Source: an uncultured virus (IMG/VR IMGVR_UViG_3300021559_000006) (Duplodnaviria; Heunggongvirae; Uroviricota; Caudoviricetes). From it: DNA of 26,801 nucleotides. The notes beneath the pieces are model-generated. The model saw only the letters and a list, made by a program, of their open reading frames with translations. It was not told where the DNA came from and did not search any database. Below, piece by piece: positions 8,101 to 15,090 of this stretch (its first letter is position 1; the number at the start of each line of letters is the position of its first letter). The DNA lies in the IMG/VR virus record IMGVR_UViG_3300021559_000006, one strand, 5' to 3'. The position numbers and the translations under genes are program-made.

Positions 8101-8179
8101 GCAGTGCGTGGCCTGCACTGCCATACTACTTTAAAGATTGGCCAATAGTTAAAGGATCACAATGTCTTACACTCTTGCC
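8101..8179. promoter_or_regulatory. AT-rich divergent promoter/operator region
   Basis: 26-bp imperfect palindrome ctttaa-ag-attggccaat-ag-ttaaag 8129-8154; IR gcagtgc/gcactgc 8101-8121; TACACT 8168-8173, 6 nt before ATG 8180. Confidence 0.7.
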
Positions 8180-8392
8180 ATGGCCGAAGCCCCGGAGTTC
8201 CCCGTCGCCGACGACGGCGTGCAGGAGGTGCCGCTCACCCATGCGCGTGCCTACCTGACGCGACTCATCGAGCAGGCCCTCGAATCTGGGCTCGTCAGCG
8301 CGCTGACCGTCCGCAACCGCCGCCGCGTGTACGTCGTCTCGCCCGCCTTCTACGAGCAGGCCCTTGCCGACCGCGAGCGCGCCGACGCCTGA
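8180..8392 (+). CDS. Phd/YefM-like small protein (70 aa)
   Basis: QEVPLTHARAYLTRLIEQA.....SALTVRNRRRVYVVSPAFYE fits the Phd/YefM pattern; apparently leaderless start. Confidence 0.75.
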   Translation: MAEAPEFPVADDGVQEVPLTHARAYLTRLIEQALESGLVSALTVRNRRRVYVVSPAFYEQALADRERADA

Positions 8393-8400
8393 CCCGCGCC

Positions 8401-9225
8401 TCATTGCGCGACCTCCGGCACGTGGTCCTCGCCGCGGACCCGGAGCACACCCATGTGCAGCTCCTGCACGTAGGAGTTCCAGGCCGTGACGACCAGTCCG
8501 TACGACAGACCGTGCGAGTTGGTCAGGGCCCGGCGCTCCTTCGCGAAGCGGTTGCGCAGGTGCAGTCTTGAGTCGAGGCCGGTCAGGTTCTCGCCGTACG
8601 CGAGGCCGTCGAGCCACACCGGGATCCGGTCCGCGTACTGCGTGCGCGACGCCTGCGCGAGGACCGCGAGGTGCGGGGCTGCGAGGATCTGCGACTTGAC
8701 GCGGACGTGCTGCGCGGAGGCCGCGAAGGTGCCCAGCTCAGGCCAGGACGTCACCACGTGCAGCAGCTCGGCAACGCTGGTCCGCTTCGCGTACACCCCG
8801 CCGGAGGTGACAGGACTGTTCACCGTGCCGTCGATGGTGCCCAGGTAGCGGGCGGCGGACGTCATCAGCCTGGCGTGCGGATGGTGGACCATCTGGTTCG
8901 CCGTGCGCTTGTGGCCGGAGTCCAGGACGTCGAACGTGTCCGGGTCGCAGCCCACCCGGATGTCGAGCTGGACGGCGAAGCCGACGAGGACGATCGCGCC
9001 CAGGCGGTGCTGGCCGTCGAGGAGGAACCCGTCCCAGTCGAACGCGATGCCCTGATGCGTGGTCTTCCACCGGCCGGCACGCATCTCGATCGCCCACTGC
9101 TGGGCCTTGTGGTGGCTGTAGGTGCGCTGGCGTTCGACGTTGCGGTGCTCCAGCCAGGACTTGGCCATGGCCGGAGTGACGGTGACGATGCCGTTGGCGG
9201 TCGGCAGAGGGTAGAGGTCGCTCAC
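8401..9225 (-). CDS. ParB/Srx-like (DGQHR) phage protein
   Basis: VTPAMAKSWL...MRAGRWKTTHQGIAFDWDGFLLDGQHRLGAI...LDSGHKRT. Confidence 0.8.
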   Translation of the reverse strand: MSDLYPLPTANGIVTVTPAMAKSWLEHRNVERQRTYSHHKAQQWAIEMRAGRWKTTHQGIAFDWDGFLLDGQHRLGAIVLVGFAVQLDIRVGCDPDTFDVLDSGHKRTANQMVHHPHARLMTSAARYLGTIDGTVNSPVTSGGVYAKRTSVAELLHVVTSWPELGTFAASAQHVRVKSQILAAPHLAVLAQASRTQYADRIPVWLDGLAYGENLTGLDSRLHLRNRFAKERRALTNSHGLSYGLVVTAWNSYVQELHMGVLRVRGEDHVPEVAQ

Positions 9226-9677
9226 GTGGTGGTTCCGTTCTCGGGCTTCTCGTCACGATTGGCGAGGCGGTGGGTCTGCGGTGTCTCGCTGGGGTGGTAG
9301 ATAACGCAGTTGTGGTCGGCCCAGACGGACCCCACTTCTTCTGCCGTGCCGGTGGCGTCTGTCTCCAGCGCGCCGACCTCTCCGTCGGAGCGAAGCGCCC
9401 AGCCGACGACGGGGGCATCCGTGATCGTGCCGTCGTCCCAACGGCGCTCGATGCGCCAGCCGCCCCCGCCGATGACACCGATTACCGCGGGGTCCGCCTC
9501 GCGAATGCATTTGAAGCCGGGCAGGTTGCACGCGATGGCCAGAGCATCCTGATGGAGGATCAGTGCGTCGCCGTTCTGGCTCCAGGCCAGGACCGGTCGC
9601 CCCTCTGACCAGGTGCTTCCGTCTGGCTGGCGGTGCACGAAATTGGCTTCGTGCCGGCCGTTGTCGGGGATCATCAC
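9222..9677 (-). CDS. Phage hypothetical protein (151 aa)
   Basis: Overlaps both neighbours; two related PV(L/V)(A/G)W motifs suggest an internal repeat. Confidence 0.7.
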   Translation of the reverse strand: MMIPDNGRHEANFVHRQPDGSTWSEGRPVLAWSQNGDALILHQDALAIACNLPGFKCIREADPAVIGVIGGGGWRIERRWDDGTITDAPVVGWALRSDGEVGALETDATGTAEEVGSVWADHNCVIYHPSETPQTHRLANRDEKPENGTTT

Positions 9678-10252
9678 GCGCCACTCTCCCCGTGCTCAAA
9701 GCGGGCCGAGCGGGCGGCACGATAGGCCCGAATGACGGGCGTGCCCGTGTCGGAGAAGTCAACCCCGGGGCCTGGCTGAGTGGTTGCCTCAAGCAGGTCT
9801 GGGATGTGTTCCCACTCGCCCGGCCATGCACCGGAGATCCAGTCGGTCCCAGCGTTGCGATACTCGCCCGAGTCACTGAATCCGAAAGGCCGCTCCAGCA
9901 CCTGCTCGTCGTAATTGCAGAGCATCCAGTGAGCGGTGAGGTGGCCGTCTGGTACGTCAGGGATCGGGCCGAGCAGCAACAACCCAAGGGCATCGGGCAG
10001 GCCGCCAGAGAGGACCGTGGCGTGCAGGAGTTGGAGATTCAGGTCTTGGGTACGTCCTTTTACCTCAACCCAGGTATCAAGGTCGGGCAGCCAGAAATCG
10101 GGGAGGTAGGGCGTGCGGTCGGGGCCGATGAGATAGCCCTGCCCCTCGTACTCCCAGCGGACGCCGAGGGCGTCGAAGAACACGGCCCAGCGGGCCTCCA
10201 GGCGCGAGCGGAAGCGGCACCCGGCATACCTGGTCTCAATAGCTGTGATCAC
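9674..10252 (-). CDS. PD-(D/E)XK nuclease-fold phage protein
   Basis: FRSRLEARWAVFFDALG..WEYE...YLPDFWLP...WVEVKG. Confidence 0.85.
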   Translation of the reverse strand: MITAIETRYAGCRFRSRLEARWAVFFDALGVRWEYEGQGYLIGPDRTPYLPDFWLPDLDTWVEVKGRTQDLNLQLLHATVLSGGLPDALGLLLLGPIPDVPDGHLTAHWMLCNYDEQVLERPFGFSDSGEYRNAGTDWISGAWPGEWEHIPDLLEATTQPGPGVDFSDTGTPVIRAYRAARSARFEHGESGA

Positions 10253-10428
10253 TGTGGTTCCTGTCGTCGTTTCGGTAGTCCGGGTCCTGGTGCTGGTTCG
10301 GGTTGTCCTGCGAGTGCTGCGGGGGTGTGGTCTGGGCAGCGGATGCCGGGTTTGAACAGCCGCCCGGGTTCGCCGCAGCGCCCTGTCGGCAGGCCCCAGT
10401 TGCAGCCCGGCAGGCGCGGCCCGGTCAC
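10249..10428 (-). CDS. Small Cys/His protein (59 aa, MTGPRLPGC...RCPDHTPAA)
   Basis: GTGA overlaps on both sides; GGAG RBS. Confidence 0.6.
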   Translation of the reverse strand: MTGPRLPGCNWGLPTGRCGEPGRLFKPGIRCPDHTPAALAGQPEPAPGPGLPKRRQEPQ

Positions 10429-10625
10429 AGGTCCGCGCCTATGTGTTTGCGGAGGTTGGCGCGGACGTTGGCCATGGACCGGTTGCCGCGTCCGGGTGTG
10501 GCGGGCATCGTGACGGTGGCCCCGGATGGTCCGGTGACCCGGTAGTGGCCGGATTTGGCGAGGCGCACCGTGTAGCCCTGTTCGCGTAGGCGGCGTATCA
10601 ACTGGCGGGTGTCCTTGCAGCCCAT
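10425..10625 (-). CDS. HicA-like (dsRBD-fold) protein, 66 aa
   Basis: RQLIRRLREQGYTVRLAKSGHYRVTGPSGATVTMPATP pattern; TGATG overlap. Confidence 0.7.
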   Translation of the reverse strand: MGCKDTRQLIRRLREQGYTVRLAKSGHYRVTGPSGATVTMPATPGRGNRSMANVRANLRKHIGADL

Positions 10626-11488
10626 CAGGCCGCCACCTTCCAGCCGGCTTGCTTCCACCGCAGGACCGTGCGGCCCGTGACATTGAGGCGCCGGCCGGTC
10701 TCTTCCAAGGACAGGCCCTGCACGGCGTGGAAGACCTGGGCGGCAGCGACGCGTTCAGCGCGGTTGAGTTCGGCTGTGCCGCCGTCGACGACCCTCTGTA
10801 CGGCGATCGGGTCGACGTCGGAGGGCTCCAGGTCGGCTTCGGGTACGTCGAGGTCGTCGGGATGCCACTGCTGCGGGGTGCGCCAGCCCTCACGCTGGCC
10901 GCGGAGCCGGTTGCGGCGACTGGGGCCCCGGGTGGCGGATAGTTCGTCGTAGACGGTGGCGATGCTCTCGTAGATGTGTGCGCGGATCCGCGTCACGTGC
11001 CCGTTGATGAGCCCACTGATCAGGGAGCCGTCCACGCTGGACCGTTCGGCCAGGACGTGGGCGATGTGCCCTTCTGCGAGGAGCGCGCGGAGGCGTCGGG
11101 TGGCGCCGTAGGCGGGCATGAGGGCGTGGGGTCCGGCGACGTCGATGGGCCGTAGGTTGAGGATGCGCTGGGCGGTGGTTCGGCGGATCGTGGTTTGGCG
11201 GTTGAACAGGAGGCCGCTGATGGTGCGGGATTGGATGCCGCGGGCGATGAGGGCGGGCCAGGTTGCTCCGTGGGCGAGGAGGTAGCGGAGGTGGTCGGCT
11301 GCGGGGGTGGCGTCGATGGTGAGGTTGCGGCCGGTGGTGTTGAGGAGGACGCGCCGGTTTTGGTAGTGGCGTCCTGCGGTGATGCATTCGGGGCAGCGGC
11401 AGCCGGGGATGCGGCTGTCGTGGCGGCCGACGTAGCGGGCGTAGGTGCCGTGTGGTGCGAGGGGTTTGGTGGACACGGCGGTGGTCAT
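10625..11488 (-). CDS. Multi-HTH DNA-binding protein with N-terminal HGT...CRC..C zinc motif
   Basis: PHGTYARY...GCRCPEC; internal HTH-like segments; C-terminal GLSLEETGRRLNVTGRTVLRWK; GAAAGGA RBS. Confidence 0.8.
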   Translation of the reverse strand: MTTAVSTKPLAPHGTYARYVGRHDSRIPGCRCPECITAGRHYQNRRVLLNTTGRNLTIDATPAADHLRYLLAHGATWPALIARGIQSRTISGLLFNRQTTIRRTTAQRILNLRPIDVAGPHALMPAYGATRRLRALLAEGHIAHVLAERSSVDGSLISGLINGHVTRIRAHIYESIATVYDELSATRGPSRRNRLRGQREGWRTPQQWHPDDLDVPEADLEPSDVDPIAVQRVVDGGTAELNRAERVAAAQVFHAVQGLSLEETGRRLNVTGRTVLRWKQAGWKVAA

Positions 11489-11658
11489 TGGGGGGTCCTT
11501 TCTGTGTGGCGGCGGAGGGTGAGCCAGCGGTCGAGGATCAGGCCGAGCATCAGTGCGGCGAAGTCGATGCTGAGGAGGAGCGCGATGGCACGGATGCTGG
11601 CCACGGTGCCCGCGGGGAGTGTGAGGACGGCGGCGACGAGGCCGGTCAGGACGCGCAC
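11485..11658 (-). CDS. Small membrane protein (57 aa)
   Basis: GGAGG RBS before GTG; hydrophobic; ATGA overlap downstream. Confidence 0.6.
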   Translation of the reverse strand: MRVLTGLVAAVLTLPAGTVASIRAIALLLSIDFAALMLGLILDRWLTLRRHTERTPQ

Positions 11659-12176
11659 GGCAGCACCTCCGGCTCGGCGAGGGCGGCAGCGCCGAGGGGC
11701 CAGATGCGGATGACGCAGCCGGGGCCGTGAGGCAGTACGTCGGTGGCGGGGTGGCCGACGTAGTACTTGGCGAGGCGCACGTACTCCACGACCCGGGCGT
11801 CGTCTTTCCAGGCGACACCAGTCAGGGCGTCCTCGGTAGCCCTCAAAAGCTTGCTCAAGTCCGGCGTGGAGGCGGGGCGCCACAGGAGCTTCCGGGAGAA
11901 CTTGACCCCGGCCGGCCACCACGCGGGTCGGCTGGTGGGCTGCTCGCGGATGGTGAAGACCATGGACGCGACCAAGGGGCCATCGAGCGGCGGGCGGTGG
12001 AGTCGGACGTTGCCGATGTCGCCGCACTCCATGACGGTGATCGCGGCGGCTTTGACGTCGTCACGCCAGGGCTTGACCTTCTTCGACGACTCGATCATGA
12101 CGCCGTTGCCGAGGTGCCGTTTTGAGCCTTGGGGGCCGGGTGTGCCGTGGACGGTGATGGTGATGGGCGCGTTCAC
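11646..12176 (-). CDS. rusA: RusA-family Holliday junction resolvase
   Basis: GTPGPQGSK...KPWR...PDLSKLLRATEDALTGVAWKDDARVV. Confidence 0.9.
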   Translation of the reverse strand: MNAPITITVHGTPGPQGSKRHLGNGVMIESSKKVKPWRDDVKAAAITVMECGDIGNVRLHRPPLDGPLVASMVFTIREQPTSRPAWWPAGVKFSRKLLWRPASTPDLSKLLRATEDALTGVAWKDDARVVEYVRLAKYYVGHPATDVLPHGPGCVIRIWPLGAAALAEPEVLPCAS

Positions 12177-12209
12177 CGGGGTCTCCTTCGGGTGTGGGAT
12201 GGTCGGGTG

Positions 12210-12240
12210 GGGGCCTGCCTGCTTCCGACGGGCAGGCCCC
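12210..12240. other. Intergenic GC hairpin
   Basis: ggggcctgcc 12210-12219 / ggcaggcccc 12231-12240. Confidence 0.6.
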
Positions 12241-12246
12241 GCCGGG

Positions 12247-12465
12247 CTACCTGGGGTCGTGTGCGGGTAGTTGGGCGATGGCCTGGATCACGTCGAGGTC
12301 GGCGGCTGCTTGGAGGTGCGCGGCAACCTCGGCGTGCATGTTGCGGACGTGGGCCCGGTGCGGTTGGGGCGCGGCACCTCGGCGGCAGTCGATGGCGAAC
12401 CAGACGATGCAGCCGACACCGGCCAGCGCGAGCCACACGGCGACGACGAGCAGGCCCCAGTTCAC
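12247..12465 (-). CDS. Small membrane protein (72 aa)
   Basis: N-terminal TM segment WGLLVVAVWLALAGVGCIVWFAI; GTGA overlap. Confidence 0.65.
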   Translation of the reverse strand: MNWGLLVVAVWLALAGVGCIVWFAIDCRRGAAPQPHRAHVRNMHAEVAAHLQAAADLDVIQAIAQLPAHDPR

Positions 12466-12563
12466 GACCGGCTCCCGCGGTTGATGCGGCGCACGATCAG
12501 CGCCGGGAGGACGGCGAGGCCTGCGACGGTGAGGACGCCGAGGATCGCGTGGGCGGTGGTCAC
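12462..12563 (-). CDS. 33-aa membrane micro-protein (MTTAHAILGVLTVAGLAVLPALIVRRINRGSRS)
   Basis: Manual translation; GGAGG RBS; GTGA overlaps on both sides. Confidence 0.6.
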   Translation of the reverse strand: MTTAHAILGVLTVAGLAVLPALIVRRINRGSRS

Positions 12564-12700
12564 TGCGCCTCCCGGTCGCGCCAGGCGACGATGCCGCCGA
12601 CGAGCCCGGACAAGGCGGCGAGGACGACCGTGAGGGCACGAATGGGGTGCAGGTCCTCGTAGAACCCGACCAGGAACGCGACCACTTGCAGGTGGAACAT
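12560..12700 (-). CDS. 46-aa membrane micro-protein (MFHLQVVAFL...)
   Basis: GAAGGA RBS; hydrophobic C-terminal helix. Confidence 0.6.
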   Translation of the reverse strand: MFHLQVVAFLVGFYEDLHPIRALTVVLAALSGLVGGIVAWRDREAQ

Positions 12701-12778
12701 GAGAGGTCCTTCCGGTGGCCGCGCCCGATCGCTGGCCGGGCGCGGCACGAGGTGGTCAGGTGGTTGGGGCGTGGTGGG

Positions 12779-13534
12779 TCATGAGGCTTCGCCGAAGGTG
12801 AGCTGGGAGAGGCGGCGGGCGGCGGCCTCGCAGTAGCGCTCGTCGGCTTCCACTCCCACAGCGCGGCGACCGCACTGCCTGGCGGCGTCGAGAGTGCTGC
12901 CCGACCCGGCAAACAGGTCGAGCACTACCCCCCCCCGCGGGCAGGCGTAGCGGATCAGCGGGTCGAGGATCGCGGCAGGCTTCTGGGTCGGATGAAGTGC
13001 CAGGCCACGAAGGTTCTTCGCCTTGATCACGCTGGTGGTCATGCGAGTTCCGTCGTCCTGCCAAGGATTCGCGTTGATCTCCCCGAGATGCTCCCCTGGA
13101 CTGCCGTTGCCCTTGCTTACGCGGCCTTCGTGGGGGCCGTAGTAGGGCTCACGGATCGCCTCGTGGTGGATGTCCCGCCACTCGCCGAGATACCAATGCA
13201 GGGCGTGCTCATGGACACGCTTGAAGCGGTCAGATGCGAAGCCTGTCCCGGCGTTCTTCTCCCAGACAACGTCTTGGGAGATCTTCCAGCCTGCGTCGGT
13301 GAAGTCGTCGCGCCGGTCGAGGAACATGCGCATGGAGCCGAAGCACCACATGGACCGGGCGTGGCAGGCTGCGAGTGTCGGCCATGCGTCCGGCCAGCGG
13401 TCCCAGGCCAGCGACGTTTCGCCGTACGGCGGGTCGGTGCAGATCAGATCCGCTTGCAGGTCGAGGTCGGGCAGGACTTCCCGCATGTCGCCGAGGTGCA
13501 GCGTGACGGTGTCGTCCTGGTAGTAGACGGTCAC
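12779..13534 (-). CDS. DNA methyltransferase, N6-adenine/N4-cytosine (beta class), orphan
   Basis: TDPPY catalytic motif precedes HPTQKP and the LDLFAGSGST SAM-binding motif. Confidence 0.95.
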   Translation of the reverse strand: MTVYYQDDTVTLHLGDMREVLPDLDLQADLICTDPPYGETSLAWDRWPDAWPTLAACHARSMWCFGSMRMFLDRRDDFTDAGWKISQDVVWEKNAGTGFASDRFKRVHEHALHWYLGEWRDIHHEAIREPYYGPHEGRVSKGNGSPGEHLGEINANPWQDDGTRMTTSVIKAKNLRGLALHPTQKPAAILDPLIRYACPRGGVVLDLFAGSGSTLDAARQCGRRAVGVEADERYCEAAARRLSQLTFGEAS

Positions 13535-14262
13535 CGGGCACCCCCCACGGCGGCTTGTACGGACTCGTGGGCGCGCTTCCCGGTCTCCGCGGACACGGGT
13601 CGAATCAACGGCTTCGGCGGGCTGTTGAGCACGACCGGGAAGCTGCGGGTCGCCAGCGCCATGACGGGAGTTGCCACCGTGGCGGCCTCGGACGGGAGCA
13701 CGTCACCCGGGAACCTGGGCGGCAGCGGCTTCACGCCCCACGTGACCTTCACCGGCCCCGTGATCGCGGGCAGGACGGCGGTGTCGGCCTCGGCGACAGC
13801 GGGCATGACCGCGGTCGCCTCGAGGCCCGCGCGCAGCCCCGACACGTCCGTCGCCAACGTCTCCGCCGTCAGGTCCACGACCTCGACCACCTCGACAGCC
13901 GGAGCCACGGGCGCGGCCAGTCGCGGCCCGTCGGTAACGGGCTCAGCCTCAGGCAGCGCGGCGAAATGCTCCGGGTCGTCCACCAGCGCAGGCATCGGCC
14001 GGGTGACCTCCGCGCCGTCGGACGCCTGCAACAGGTTCGCGTAGTGCCGTGCCGCGCCGTCGGCTTGCTTCCACATGCGCCACACCTGGTCGTGGCGGCC
14101 ACGCGCCTCGTCGCGTTCAGCGGTGAGCGTCTTCACCTGGCCACGCGCCTCGTCGCGTTCCTTACGGGCCTCAGTCAGCTCCGTGGACAGCCGCTCGAGG
14201 ACGCCCTCCGGCGTGTGCCGGCCGGGCCGCTGCGGCGTGCGCAGCATCGTCAGGGTCCTCAT
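13531..14262 (-). CDS. Phage protein with N-terminal coiled coil and Pro/Ala/Val-rich tail
   Basis: Overlaps both neighbours; ERDEARG repeated. Confidence 0.7.
   Translation of the reverse strand: MRTLTMLRTPQRPGRHTPEGVLERLSTELTEARKERDEARGQVKTLTAERDEARGRHDQVWRMWKQADGAARHYANLLQASDGAEVTRPMPALVDDPEHFAALPEAEPVTDGPRLAAPVAPAVEVVEVVDLTAETLATDVSGLRAGLEATAVMPAVAEADTAVLPAITGPVKVTWGVKPLPPRFPGDVLPSEAATVATPVMALATRSFPVVLNSPPKPLIRPVSAETGKRAHESVQAAVGGAR
14097..14160. repeat. 22-bp perfect direct repeat (42-bp period), in frame
   Basis: ggccacgcgcctcgtcgcgttc at 14097-14118 and 14139-14160. Confidence 0.85.
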
Positions 14263-14666
14263 GCCGACACCTGCCGCGGTGTCGCGTACTCGGCCAGGAA
14301 CTCATCCGCCGTGACCGGCCGCTCGGCGTCGTGGCGGAGCCGCCACTGGGCGTGCTCCACACCCTCACGGGCCGCCAGCACATCCGCGAGCCGGTGAGCC
14401 TCCACGACATCGTGGGTGAACGCCTCGGCTGGGATCCCGTACGAGTCGACCCACACGCCGTCGAGCCACACCTGGGCGGCCATCGGCCGGTGCGCGACGA
14501 TCGCCCACCGGTCGGTGGCCTCCAATCGGACCAGGGTGATCGTGAACGCCTCACCGCCCTCGTGCGTGAGCGGGAGGGTGTACACGTGCGCGCGGGCCAG
14601 CTTGCCGGTGAGCCACGCGATCTCAGCGCGGGCCTCCCGCAACGCTTTCGCGGTCGAGGCACTCAC
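14259..14666 (-). CDS. Phage hypothetical protein (135 aa)
   Basis: GTGA/ATGA overlaps with neighbours. Confidence 0.7.
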   Translation of the reverse strand: MSASTAKALREARAEIAWLTGKLARAHVYTLPLTHEGGEAFTITLVRLEATDRWAIVAHRPMAAQVWLDGVWVDSYGIPAEAFTHDVVEAHRLADVLAAREGVEHAQWRLRHDAERPVTADEFLAEYATPRQVSA

Positions 14667-15010
14667 CGGGCACCGCCCGTCAGGGAGCCCTTCGGGGCCT
14701 TCTTCACGGCCGGGCCGACCACGGGGAGTGGCTTGGTGCCGTCGACGTGGTCCTTGAAGGCCTGCCCGGGCCGGAAGCGGGGCAGCACGGTCGCGAGCAC
14801 GGCGACGGGTTCACCGGTCTGCGGGTTGCGGGCGATGCGGGCGCCGCGCTCGACCTGCTCGAACGTGCCGAACCCGGTCACGTTGACCGTGCCGCCAGCG
14901 GTGACCTCGCGGACGATCGTGTCCAGGACCGCGTCCACGGCGGCTGCGGCGGCCTCCTTGCGACCGCCGAGGGTGTCGGCGACGGCGGCGACCAACTGTG
15001 CTTTGTTCAC
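14663..15010 (-). CDS. hup: HU-family nucleoid protein, HupS-like but lacking the Lys-rich tail
   Basis: MNKAQLV...VTGFGTFE...ARNPQTGE...PRFRPGQAFKD...VKKAPKGSLTGG; AGGAG RBS. Confidence 0.93.
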   Translation of the reverse strand: MNKAQLVAAVADTLGGRKEAAAAAVDAVLDTIVREVTAGGTVNVTGFGTFEQVERGARIARNPQTGEPVAVLATVLPRFRPGQAFKDHVDGTKPLPVVGPAVKKAPKGSLTGGAR

Positions 15011-15090
15011 TGTGTGCTCCTGTGAGGGTGGTGCGTCTGGTGGGACCAGCCCGGAGGCAGTGGGCTGCCGTGGGGCCGGGGGAGAGCGGG

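Noticed and set aside
9674..13534. Methyltransferase plus PD-(D/E)XK nuclease as a restriction-modification pair
   Set aside because: Not adjacent; both sit in the lytic early operon, where orphan MTases and this nuclease family are commonplace
14097..14160. 22-bp direct repeat as an att core or target-site duplication
   Set aside because: In-frame 14-codon duplication (two heptads) within a coiled-coil CDS
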